Origin: an uncultured Chloroflexia bacterium
GTDB lineage: Bacteria; Chloroflexota; Dehalococcoidia; DSTF01; WHTK01
DNA: 64,000 nt
Assembly: GCA_963711035.1 (NCBI GenBank)
Contig: CAVQCN010000001.1
Coordinates: 816,900-880,899 of the forward strand
Direction: 5' to 3'
Shown here: positions 37,216 to 48,616 of the stretch, in pieces
How the letters are laid out: the number at the start of each line of letters is the position of its first letter
Numbering within the stretch: the first letter of the stretch is position 1
The notes under the pieces: model-generated
Told to the model about the DNA's origin: nothing
Seen by the model: the letters and a program-made list of their open reading frames with translations, nothing else
Databases searched by the model: none
Translations under genes and position numbers: made by a program

Positions 37216-37470
37216 CTCGTTTCCACCCTGTCTTCGGCGGGCGAATCGAAAGCTTTCCTCGAGAACCGGAAAGTCGTTATCGCCGAGCCCAAAGCTTCAG
37301 TAAAATCCAGTCCTCGAGCACATGACTGCAGATTCTTCCCGGCAGCCTTCTAGCGTCGCTGCGTTAGCCCAAACTCCGTCGAAGCCGGGAATTGACCCGT
37401 AGAAGGTACCATCCTCAATCAACTCGTACCGGGCGCGCTTCATGGCGGCTTCGATGTACTTGGTCAGCAT
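37216..37470 (-). pseudogene. hicB: HicB-like antitoxin, not in the ORF track (57-aa ORF 37297..37470 as sequenced; apparently disrupted)
   Basis: ATG 37470 gives MLTKYIEAAMKRARYELIEDGTFYGSIPGFDGVWANAATLEGCREE, a typical N-terminus of a HicB-like antitoxin family. The expected continuation VLEDWILLKL is in another frame, and GLGDNDFPVLEE is back in the first frame. Confidence 0.65.
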
Positions 37471-37476
37471 GCGTCT

Positions 37477-38784
<1,308 letters not shown>

Positions 38785-39264
38785 TCAGACGGTCTGGGAG
38801 GCGCCGGCCGAGGCAAGCGCCATTTCGACGGCTTCGGCGGCATCAGTGGCGCGCTGTATCGGGACCTCAGCGCCGCTATCGGGCTTGAGCTGCCATGTCG
38901 AGAGGCCGATCACCGGCTTGCCGTACGCCAGGGCGTAGCCGATCTCGGAAAGCGTGCCGTAACCGCCATCGATGGCGATCAGTGCGTCGGCTGTGAGGAC
39001 GATGATCAGGTTACGGGCGCGGCCGATGCCGGTAACGATTGGCAGCTCGACGTACGGGTTCATCTCGCCGCGATCGGTGCCGGGCAAGACACCGATCGTG
39101 TGACCACCGGCCTCGCGGGCGCCGCGACAGGCTGCCTCCATGACGCCACCACGTCCACCGCAGATCAGGGTCCCTCCGCGCCGCGCCAGCTCCCGGCCGA
39201 CAGCCTCAGCCTGCGCCAGTGTCGCCTCGGACGCGTCTTCCCCACCGATCACCGCCACGATCAT
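38785..39264 (-). CDS. TIGR00725 family protein (LOG/SLOG-like Rossmann fold)
   Basis: MIVAVIGGEDAS...LICGGRGGVMEAACRGA...GGYGTLSEIGYAL, 159 aa. Confidence 0.8.
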   Translation of the reverse strand: MIVAVIGGEDASEATLAQAEAVGRELARRGGTLICGGRGGVMEAACRGAREAGGHTIGVLPGTDRGEMNPYVELPIVTGIGRARNLIIVLTADALIAIDGGYGTLSEIGYALAYGKPVIGLSTWQLKPDSGAEVPIQRATDAAEAVEMALASAGASQTV

Positions 39265-39330
39265 CGACCCTATGATAAGCGGGCCTCAGCGGACGATCAG
39301 CACCGACCGGCAGTGGTTCAACCCGCATGA

Positions 39331-39403
39331 CCCCTCACCTCGATCCTCTCACTGAGGGAGAGGAGGCCTGCATGATCCCCTCTTCCCTAGGGATAGAGTG
39401 AGG
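39331..39403 (+). repeat. Family B composite palindromic repeat (copy 3)
   Basis: CCCCTCACCTCGATCCTCTCACTGAGGGAGAGGA (39331-39364), then CCCCTCTTCCCTAGGGATAGAGTGAGG (39377-39403). It lies downstream of the recombinase gene. Confidence 0.75.
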
Positions 39404-39417
39404 ATGAAAGGTTCGAG

Positions 39418-40326
39418 CTAGCGCGCTCTCGGGTGGGCTTTCTCGTAGGCTTCGCGGATGTGCTCGCGGCTCACCTGCGTGTAGACCTGCGTCGTCGAGA
39501 TGTTGGCGTGGCCCAGCAGCTCCTGCACCTTGTGGATGTCCATGCCGCCGCGCAGCATGTGGGTCGCGAAGCTGTGGCGCAGGGTGTGCGGCGTGACGCG
39601 GCCCTGGATGCCGGCCTCGGCCGCGTAGCCCTTGAGGATGAGCCAGAAGCCCTGGCGTGTGAGGCGCTCGCCGCGACGGTTGACGAACAGGGCCGACTCG
39701 TCGCGGTTGCCGACGAGGCGCGGCCGGGCGAACTTGATGTACTCGGTGACCTCCAGCGCCGCCGTGTCGAACAGCGGCAGCTGACGCTCGCGGTTGCCCT
39801 TGCCTACGAGCCGTACGTGGGGATTGTCGACCTCGAGCGAGATATCACGCAGGTCCAGCGACACGAGCTCGGTGACGCGCAGGCCGGTGGCGTACATCAG
39901 CTCCAGCATGGCGCGGTCGCGCTTTGCCTCGGGCGTGTTGCGGCGCGACGGCTGCTCCAGCAGCTCGTCGACCTCCTGCACGGTGAGCGGCTTCGGCAGA
40001 GACTTGCCGACCTTCGGGGACGCCAAGGCCTCGGTGGGGTTCGCCTTGACCTTACCCTCGGCCTGCAGGAACGAGAAGAACGACTTCACAGCCGCCACCT
40101 TGCGAGCGACGGTCGCCTCGGCGTAGGACTGAGACTTCAGGTGCAGGATGTAGTCGAGGACGACATTCTGGTTGATGTTGCCCCACTGTAGGCTGTCGCC
40201 GTTGCGATGCGCGTTAATGAACTCCTCAAGCTGACCGAGGTCGTTGCGATAGGCCGCAATCGTGTTGCTCGAGGCTCCCTTTTCGACGGAGAGAAACTCA
40301 AGGAAGTCGTTCACGCAAGTATCCAT
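39418..40326 (-). CDS. xerD: Site-specific tyrosine recombinase, XerD/XerC type
   Basis: AYRNDL core-binding domain; catalytic region RHSFATHMLRGGMDIHKVQELLGHANISTTQVYTQV. Start trimmed to ATG 40326 (preceded by AGGAGGG); track start is 40356. Confidence 0.85.
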   Translation of the reverse strand: MDTCVNDFLEFLSVEKGASSNTIAAYRNDLGQLEEFINAHRNGDSLQWGNINQNVVLDYILHLKSQSYAEATVARKVAAVKSFFSFLQAEGKVKANPTEALASPKVGKSLPKPLTVQEVDELLEQPSRRNTPEAKRDRAMLELMYATGLRVTELVSLDLRDISLEVDNPHVRLVGKGNRERQLPLFDTAALEVTEYIKFARPRLVGNRDESALFVNRRGERLTRQGFWLILKGYAAEAGIQGRVTPHTLRHSFATHMLRGGMDIHKVQELLGHANISTTQVYTQVSREHIREAYEKAHPRAR

Positions 40327-40460
40327 GAGGCTGAACCCTCCTGGCTCGTGTACCACCCTGGCATCCCCGGGAAAAGATACGCGCGAATTCTAACCACGCC
40401 CCGAACCTCTGTCTAGCAAACGATGTGAAGAAAATTCGTCAGTTTATGAAGAACAACAAA

Positions 40461-41129
40461 TCAGTTATTAGATACGGTAAAAGCGTCTTTACCAATGAGC
40501 GGTACAAAGCGGCAGGCGCCCTTGCGCGTCACCACCATCCCCTCCGGCCGCTTCTCCGCAACCAGCAGATCCTGACCTTCTGCATCGCCGACGGGGATGG
40601 CGATGCGCCCATCCGGCGCCAGCTGATCGACCAGCTCCGCCGGGATTCGCGGCGACGCGGCTGCCACGACGATCGCGTCGTAGGGCCCTTCCTGGGGCCA
40701 GCCCAGCGCATCGCCTGCCATGTGAATCGTCGCGTTCTCGTAGCCCAGCTCTACCAGCACCTTGGTCGCGCGCTCGCAGAGGCTGGGAATCAACTCCACG
40801 CCCACCACTTCCTTGACAAGTTCGGCCAGCAGGGCAGTTTGATAACCGCAGCCAGCGCCCACCTCCAGCACTCTATCGCCCGGCTCAAGGTCCATCTCCT
40901 GCATCATCAGCGCGATCATGAGCGGCTGCGAGGTCGTCTGGCCGTGGCCGATGGGCAGCGGCCGGTTTTCGTAGGCCATGCCTCGTAGCTGCGCGTCCAC
41001 GAAACGCTCGCGCGGCACCCTGCCGATCGCGTCCAGGATACGCTCATCGGTTATGTCGTCCTGTAGCTGATCGACGAGCCGTGCTCGCCGGGCCGCGAGG
41101 GCCTCGTCGTCGTGCAGTTCCGGTGCCAT
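40461..41129 (-). CDS. pcm: Protein-L-isoaspartate O-methyltransferase
   Basis: GHGQTTSQPLMIALMMQ..., VLEVGAGCGYQTALLA, 222 aa. Confidence 0.9.
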   Translation of the reverse strand: MAPELHDDEALAARRARLVDQLQDDITDERILDAIGRVPRERFVDAQLRGMAYENRPLPIGHGQTTSQPLMIALMMQEMDLEPGDRVLEVGAGCGYQTALLAELVKEVVGVELIPSLCERATKVLVELGYENATIHMAGDALGWPQEGPYDAIVVAAASPRIPAELVDQLAPDGRIAIPVGDAEGQDLLVAEKRPEGMVVTRKGACRFVPLIGKDAFTVSNN

Positions 41130-41131
41130 GG

Positions 41132-41881
41132 CTAACCCTCTGCCGCCGCCGGTGCCGTCCCGACGTGCACGTTGGCCACGCCGAACATCAATCGCTTCAC
41201 CCGGACGTCCACCAGGCCCGCCTTTTGCATGCAGCCGGCGATGTCCTCGATCGCCTCGAACTTATCGACTGAGTTGGGCAAGTACTCGTACGCGGAGCGG
41301 TCGCCGGAGATAATGCCGCCCACCAATGGCGAGAACGTGTGGAAGTACCAGTCGAAGAGATGACGAAACCCCCAGAGGTGCGGCCGATTCAGCTCCAGGA
41401 AGACTGCCTTGCCACCAGGCGCCAAAACGCGCGCCATCTCACGGAAGGCGCCCGTCAGGTCCGGAACGTTGCGGCCGCCGAAGGCCATCGTCACGGCGTT
41501 GAAGACGCCATTACGGTACGGCAGCTCCATGGCGTCGCCCCAGTGAAAGTCCATCTGTTTCTCGGGATGCCGCTCCACCTTGTCGCGGCCCAGCACCAGC
41601 ATCTCGCGCGTGATGTCGAGGCCGACCACGGTGCCGGGCGGGCCGACCCGCTTGCGCAGGTCGAAGCCGAGGTCTCCTGTGCCCGTGGCAATATCGAGCG
41701 CCTTGTCGCCGCGCTTGAGACCGCACTGGTCGGCGGCAAAACGGCGCCAGCCACCGTCCATGCCGAGCGACAGCAGGCGGTTCATCAGATCGTAGCGGCG
41801 CGCGATGCGGCCGAACATGGCGGCGACGACACGCGGCTCGTCGTGGGGGTGCTGTGGTGTCTGCGCCTGGGTTGTGGTCAC
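41132..41881 (-). CDS. ubiE: Demethylmenaquinone / ubiquinone-type C-methyltransferase (UbiE/MenG)
   Basis: MFGRIARRYDLMNRLLSLGMDGGWRR..., DIATGTGD, 249 aa. Confidence 0.9.
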   Translation of the reverse strand: MTTTQAQTPQHPHDEPRVVAAMFGRIARRYDLMNRLLSLGMDGGWRRFAADQCGLKRGDKALDIATGTGDLGFDLRKRVGPPGTVVGLDITREMLVLGRDKVERHPEKQMDFHWGDAMELPYRNGVFNAVTMAFGGRNVPDLTGAFREMARVLAPGGKAVFLELNRPHLWGFRHLFDWYFHTFSPLVGGIISGDRSAYEYLPNSVDKFEAIEDIAGCMQKAGLVDVRVKRLMFGVANVHVGTAPAAAEG

Positions 41882-41931
41882 GGCTACCCAGTGTAGCCGT
41901 TATGTGAGCTTCGTGTCAGGCCGGAGGGCCA

Positions 41932-42804
41932 TCAGCCAGCGAAGAAACCGGTAGCTTCGGCCCAGAGGATGAACTCGGCCAGCTCCAAGGGCCGGTTCAC
42001 GTGGATGTCGTGTGCGGTGTCGAAGAACCAGCGCACCTTGACGTTGGCCAGCCCTTCCTCGGCCGGCGCCACCTGCTCTGCCTGGCGCCGGCGATGGGTG
42101 GCGTCGCCATGATCGGCGACGGCGATGAGGACGGGCGTCTGTACCTTCGGGTAGAGCTGCGCCGGCCGCTGCTCCCAGAGGGCGCGCAGTATCTGCATGT
42201 GGCGGTCGACGGTTAGCCAGGGACGGATCGTGCCGTCCTCCAGCACCTCGAAGTTGGCCATGCGCATCTCGAGCGTCTCCTCCGGCCAGTCGGGCCGCAT
42301 GGCGCGCATGCGCTCCAGCATCTGGTCGCGCGGGCGTCCGGCCAGGTCTGGCGGACGCAGGTCGACCGATATCTGCTCCCAGGAGCCTCCCTCGGGCCGC
42401 GACTGCAGGTCAAGGAAACCGCCATCCACCAGGACGACGCCCGAGGCCACGTCCGGATAGCGCGCGGCGAAGTCGAGCACGACGTTACCACCCCATGATT
42501 GGCCCGCGATGATCGGCCGCTCCAGGTGCAGCGCGTCGATCAGGCCTTTGAGGTCGGCCGTCGTCTCGTCGAAGCTGTAGCCACTGTCAGGTTTATCGCT
42601 GTGACCGTGGCCGCGCTGGTCGGCAGCGATGACATGATGGCCGGCCTGGTTGAGATAACGCGCCACCATATCCCACAGGCGGGCGTTGGAGGCGAGGCCA
42701 TGCAGCAGTACGCAGGGCAACCCCGGCCCGGGCAGCTCACGGATCGCCAGGCGAATGCTGCCGACGTCGACCAGGCGTTCGACGGGTTCTAACGGCGCGT
42801 CCAA
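41932..42804 (-). CDS. Alpha/beta hydrolase fold protein
   Basis: LLHGLASNARLW..., nucleophile elbow AGQSWGG, 290 aa. Confidence 0.8.
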   Translation of the reverse strand: MDAPLEPVERLVDVGSIRLAIRELPGPGLPCVLLHGLASNARLWDMVARYLNQAGHHVIAADQRGHGHSDKPDSGYSFDETTADLKGLIDALHLERPIIAGQSWGGNVVLDFAARYPDVASGVVLVDGGFLDLQSRPEGGSWEQISVDLRPPDLAGRPRDQMLERMRAMRPDWPEETLEMRMANFEVLEDGTIRPWLTVDRHMQILRALWEQRPAQLYPKVQTPVLIAVADHGDATHRRRQAEQVAPAEEGLANVKVRWFFDTAHDIHVNRPLELAEFILWAEATGFFAG

Positions 42805-43937
42805 GTAGATCCCTGCGGTGAGTCGCCGATTTCAAAGCCGAGCTCGACCAGTGTGTCGCGCGCCTTGTCGGCCAGGTCGAAGCGCTTAGCCGCGCGCAGT
42901 GCCTCGCGCAGCTCGAGCACGAGGTCGACGAGCGGACCCTCCGCCTCCGACGAACCCGATTCGAGCTCGCCGCGCAGGCCCTGCACACGCGCCATCAGCT
43001 CCACCTTCGCGAAGCGGTCCAGCCCGTCCAGGCTCTCCACGTATTGCACTAGCGGCGCCAGGGGATCGGCAGAATCGCCGCTGGCCGTATCGCTGAAGGC
43101 GTAGCCGCTGACAACTTTCGATGCGTCGAAGGTGCGCACCACCTCGCGTGAGCTGGACTGCAGCGCGTCGAAGGGCAGCGCGTCGCCAGCTTCATAGCGC
43201 CGCTCGGCGCCGTCGCCGATCACAGTGATGCCGCCCTGGCCGGAGACCTCCGCCGTGCCCGTCGCCGGGTCGAGGCTGATCGAGGTGTAGGCATCTATGC
43301 CAAGGATGGCCACGTCCGACGGCAGCACTTCCTGCAGCTGATCGAAGCGCCGGGCACCCATGTAGCAGAAACGGGAGTCGTAGTTCTCGCCGCCGGAGTT
43401 GTCGTTGTAGTGGGGAACGACCGCCAGGCGCAGGCCGAAGCGGCCCAGCACGTCGAGGCCCTCCATCCAATAGGGGTCCTCACCCGCCTTGTAGACCTCG
43501 TACACGGGCAGGGCGAACTTGCCCAGCGTGATCGAGGCGGCGCTGGCGAAGAGCAGGTCGGCCCCGCTTTCGAACTGATCGACGACTGCTTCCCACACGG
43601 GCGTGCCGCTCCATTGCTTGATGGCATAGCTGGGGCTACCGGGCCCGGCGAAGATCAGGTTTGCGTTGCGGATCTCGGCGATGGCGGCGCCAACCTCGGC
43701 CTCCGTGGCCTTTTCGCGATGGCGGTAGCTGGCCGGGCGCAACTCGACCTGCAGGTGGTGCTGGTAGTACTCGATCGCCTTTTCGACGATGGCGTCGATG
43801 TTGGTCTCGAAGCCGGCCGGCGTGTCGAGAAACACAGCGCGAGGTGGACCTGAGAGGCGGTTGATTGCGGCTCGATGCTGACCGCTCATGGCGGCCATCA
43901 TTTCGCCGGCGCCAACCAGTGTGATTCTGCCCGTCAT
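42789..43937 (-). CDS. Uncharacterised protein: peptidase S51-like (class I amidotransferase-like) N-domain plus a CysRS-type C-terminal tail
   Basis: Start trimmed to ATG 43937 (preceded by GGAAGGA). The N-domain carries ITLVGAGE..., LIFAGPGSPSY..., LLFASAAS. The C-terminus LELREALRAAKRFDLADKARDTLVELGFEIGDSPQGSTWTRR resembles the extreme C-terminus of cysteinyl-tRNA synthetases. Confidence 0.6.
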   Translation of the reverse strand: MTGRITLVGAGEMMAAMSGQHRAAINRLSGPPRAVFLDTPAGFETNIDAIVEKAIEYYQHHLQVELRPASYRHREKATEAEVGAAIAEIRNANLIFAGPGSPSYAIKQWSGTPVWEAVVDQFESGADLLFASAASITLGKFALPVYEVYKAGEDPYWMEGLDVLGRFGLRLAVVPHYNDNSGGENYDSRFCYMGARRFDQLQEVLPSDVAILGIDAYTSISLDPATGTAEVSGQGGITVIGDGAERRYEAGDALPFDALQSSSREVVRTFDASKVVSGYAFSDTASGDSADPLAPLVQYVESLDGLDRFAKVELMARVQGLRGELESGSSEAEGPLVDLVLELREALRAAKRFDLADKARDTLVELGFEIGDSPQGSTWTRR

Positions 43938-44287
43938 GACGTCCTTCCGAACCCTGGGACTACGGGGCGTTGTCGATTCTAGCATGCGCGCCGCGCAACC
44001 CGTGGAGGTGAAACGAGCCGCATCCTGCATCATTAAATATGGAAGCTTAGTTCACTGATTGACACGCAGGTACCCTCCTCAGCCGCTCTCATCGAAAAAG
44101 CCCACCTCTAAGGGCTGCCATAACACCTCTGCAGATTCAAAAACCTGGCAAATTTGGCATGTTTGTGCTAACATAAAGCGTGCCCTCGGCATTCATTCTC
44201 CGCCCGTCGTCCCATCCAATCCCCGGGACAACTGATCTGGATCCGAAAGAGGTTAGGTAGCACCTCGGCTCCTCGGAGCAGGGCTAA

Positions 44288-46234
<1,947 letters not shown>

Positions 46235-46260
46235 GCACCGGGCGATCGCCTGGACCCCTC

Positions 46261-46698
46261 ATGCCGCGCATCGTCGTTGATTTCGAGCCACCGTCTAAGG
46301 ATGCGCCCGGTTTCCGGTCGGACACCTCGGACCTCGTCTACTTCCTGTCGTGGGCCTTCTCAGCACGCTATGGCGGCAACCACGAGATGTCGCTGGCATC
46401 GCTGGTGCTGCGCGGCGAGTTCGGCATCGACCTGCGACCGCTGCTCACCTTTGCCGACCGCGACGTTGAGGTGCCGGAGGACCAGGAGGCACTGGACCGC
46501 GCCTGGCAGGACGCGGCGCCGCTGTCAGAGACCTGTCGCCGGGTCCTCGATGCGCTGGCCAGCGAGGAGCCGCGCCTGCAGTCGATCCGTGCGGACTACC
46601 CCGGCCTGAGCGAGAACATCAGCGAGCTCGCCAGCATGGCGCGGTGGGCCGCCGACCATGCTGCGCGGATTAGAGTGACGTTTCTCCTAGAGGACTAG
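46261..46698 (+). CDS. Hypothetical protein (145 aa)
   Basis: ORF 27 nt downstream of gyrB with genome-typical codon bias. No family recognised. Confidence 0.5.
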   Translation: MPRIVVDFEPPSKDAPGFRSDTSDLVYFLSWAFSARYGGNHEMSLASLVLRGEFGIDLRPLLTFADRDVEVPEDQEALDRAWQDAAPLSETCRRVLDALASEEPRLQSIRADYPGLSENISELASMARWAADHAARIRVTFLLED

Positions 46699-46701
46699 CT
46701 C

Positions 46702-47292
46702 TCAGCCGCCGTACAGGCTCTTGGAGCGGATGTACGCCTCGACGGCGTCCGGCACCAGGTAGCGCAGGCTCTTGCCCTCCCGCGCCATGTCGCGCAGGCC
46801 GGTAGAGCTGATGTCGAGGTACGGCATCGGCAGCGCGATGAACCTGTCGTCGGGGACGAGGTCGTGCTTCGGCCACTCGCCAGGGCGCAACGCCACGACC
46901 ACAAAGGCCAGCTCGGCGATACCCTGCGGCTCATGCCAGGTGATCATGTCGGCCAGCGTGTCCTCGCCGGCCAGGAAGTAGAGCTCGTCCGCAGCGGAGA
47001 GCTCGGCGCGCATCTCCCGCAGCGTCACGACCGTGTACGTAGGGCCCTCGCGCCGCACCTCCCGGTCGTCGACCTCAAGGGCGTCGTTCCCCTCAATGGC
47101 CAGGCGCGCCATCACCAGCCGCTGAGCGGCCGGTGACACGCTGCGATCCGCCTTGCGCCACGGGTCGCCGGCGGGCATGAAGAGCACCTTGTCGAGACTT
47201 AGCTGCGTGCGCGCCTGCTCAGCCAGGATGAGGTGGCCGACGTGCGGCGGGTCGAAGGTGCCGCCCAGGATGCCCAGCTTCATCCGTACCAC
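46702..47292 (-). CDS. nadD: Nicotinate-nucleotide adenylyltransferase
   Basis: LGILGGTFDPPHVGHL, ISSTGLR, 196 aa. It overlaps the obg stop. Confidence 0.93.
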   Translation of the reverse strand: MVRMKLGILGGTFDPPHVGHLILAEQARTQLSLDKVLFMPAGDPWRKADRSVSPAAQRLVMARLAIEGNDALEVDDREVRREGPTYTVVTLREMRAELSAADELYFLAGEDTLADMITWHEPQGIAELAFVVVALRPGEWPKHDLVPDDRFIALPMPYLDISSTGLRDMAREGKSLRYLVPDAVEAYIRSKSLYGG

Positions 47293-48536
47293 TCGAACTC
47301 AACATCGCCCACGCGGACAATGTCGCCAGCCTTGGCGCCAGCGCGCCGCATCAAGCGCTCCAGGCCCATGCGACGCAGACGCTGTTGAAGCTCGTCCATC
47401 GCATCCCAGCCGCCCTCCGCCAGCTTCATAGCATCTTCTTCCGCCCTGCGCCCCCTGACGACGAAGACGCCGTCCTCTACCTGCAGGTCGAGCCGGTCGC
47501 GCGGCTCCGGCCGCAGTACGGGCACCGGTGGCTTCTCCGGGACTGCAGCACGCGCCTCTGTCGCCAGCTCGCTCAGACGCTGCTGCAACCGCTGTACGAG
47601 CTCCTGCGTCCCCTCTGTTGTCGCACCGGAGATGGCGAGTACATCCGCGCCTATGAAGTGCTCACGCAGCTCCGGCAGTCGCTCCTGTGCGTCCGGCAAG
47701 TCGATCTTGTTGAGCACGACGATCTCAGGACGCTCGAGCAGCAACTCGTCGTACAGCTCAAGCTCGCGGCGCACGGTCTCGTAGTCCTCGATCGGGTCAG
47801 GGGCGCTGGCGTCGAGCAGATGCACGAGAACACGAGTGCGCTCGACGTGGCGCAGGAACTGGTGCCCGAGGCCGGCGCCAGCGTGCGCTCCCTCAATGAG
47901 ACCTGGCAGGTCAGCCATCACAAACGCGTCCATGCCTAAATCGACCACCCCGAGGACTGGTTCCAGCGTCGTAAACGGAAAGTCACCCACGTCAGGCATC
48001 GCCCTGGACACGGCGCGCAGCAGCGTCGACTTGCCGGCGTTCGGTAGACCGATCAAGCCGACGTCGGCCAGCAGCTTTAGCTCCAGGCGAAGGTCGAACT
48101 CCTCGCCCGGCATACCACGCTCCGCGAAGCTAGGGGCTTGCCGCACCGAGTTGGAGAAACGCGCGTTGCCGCGCCCACCGTCGCCGCCTTTCGCCACGAT
48201 TATGGCAGCACCCGGCGCGTCAAGATCCCAGCGCAACTCAGCGTCGAGCGCGGTTACGACCGTACCGACCGGCACCTTTACCGTCAGATCTACACCGTTG
48301 GCGCCACGGCGGTGACCACCCTCACCGGGCCGCCCGCTTTCCGCCTTGTAGACTCTGCGGTGCCGCAGGTGAGCCAGCGTCGTCAGCCCCTCGTCGGCCA
48401 CGATGATGACGTCGCCGCCCTTGCCGCCATCGCCGCCATCTGGACCGCCACGCGGCACGAACTTCTCTCGGCGGAAGCTCATGGCTCCGTTGCCGCCGGC
48501 TCCAGAAAGAACGTGGATTTGTACAAGATCAATCAT
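47280..48536 (-). CDS. obg: GTPase Obg/CgtA
   Basis: SGAGGNGAMSFRREKFVPRGGPDGGDGGKGGDV, GLPNAGKST, DLPGLIEGA, with a C-terminal OCT-like domain. Confidence 0.95.
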   Translation of the reverse strand: MIDLVQIHVLSGAGGNGAMSFRREKFVPRGGPDGGDGGKGGDVIIVADEGLTTLAHLRHRRVYKAESGRPGEGGHRRGANGVDLTVKVPVGTVVTALDAELRWDLDAPGAAIIVAKGGDGGRGNARFSNSVRQAPSFAERGMPGEEFDLRLELKLLADVGLIGLPNAGKSTLLRAVSRAMPDVGDFPFTTLEPVLGVVDLGMDAFVMADLPGLIEGAHAGAGLGHQFLRHVERTRVLVHLLDASAPDPIEDYETVRRELELYDELLLERPEIVVLNKIDLPDAQERLPELREHFIGADVLAISGATTEGTQELVQRLQQRLSELATEARAAVPEKPPVPVLRPEPRDRLDLQVEDGVFVVRGRRAEEDAMKLAEGGWDAMDELQQRLRRMGLERLMRRAGAKAGDIVRVGDVEFEWYG

Positions 48537-48616
48537 TGAGATCGATTATAAGGACTCCCCCCATCGTCACCCCTTGATAGTGATCTGGTAGGGATGTGCG
48601 GTCTGGTGATATTGAA

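Noticed and set aside
39418-40326. The tyrosine recombinase as a marker of an integrated mobile element.
   Set aside because: The sequence has the XerC/XerD-type core-binding and catalytic motifs. There is no adjacent tRNA, no direct repeats, and no phage or transposon genes; the flanks are housekeeping.
40425-40485. Low-GC patch at the pcm 3' end / xerD upstream region as a foreign insertion or att site.
   Set aside because: It is only about 60 bp long, overlaps the last codons of pcm, and has no flanking repeats. It is most simply a promoter/UTR region for xerD.
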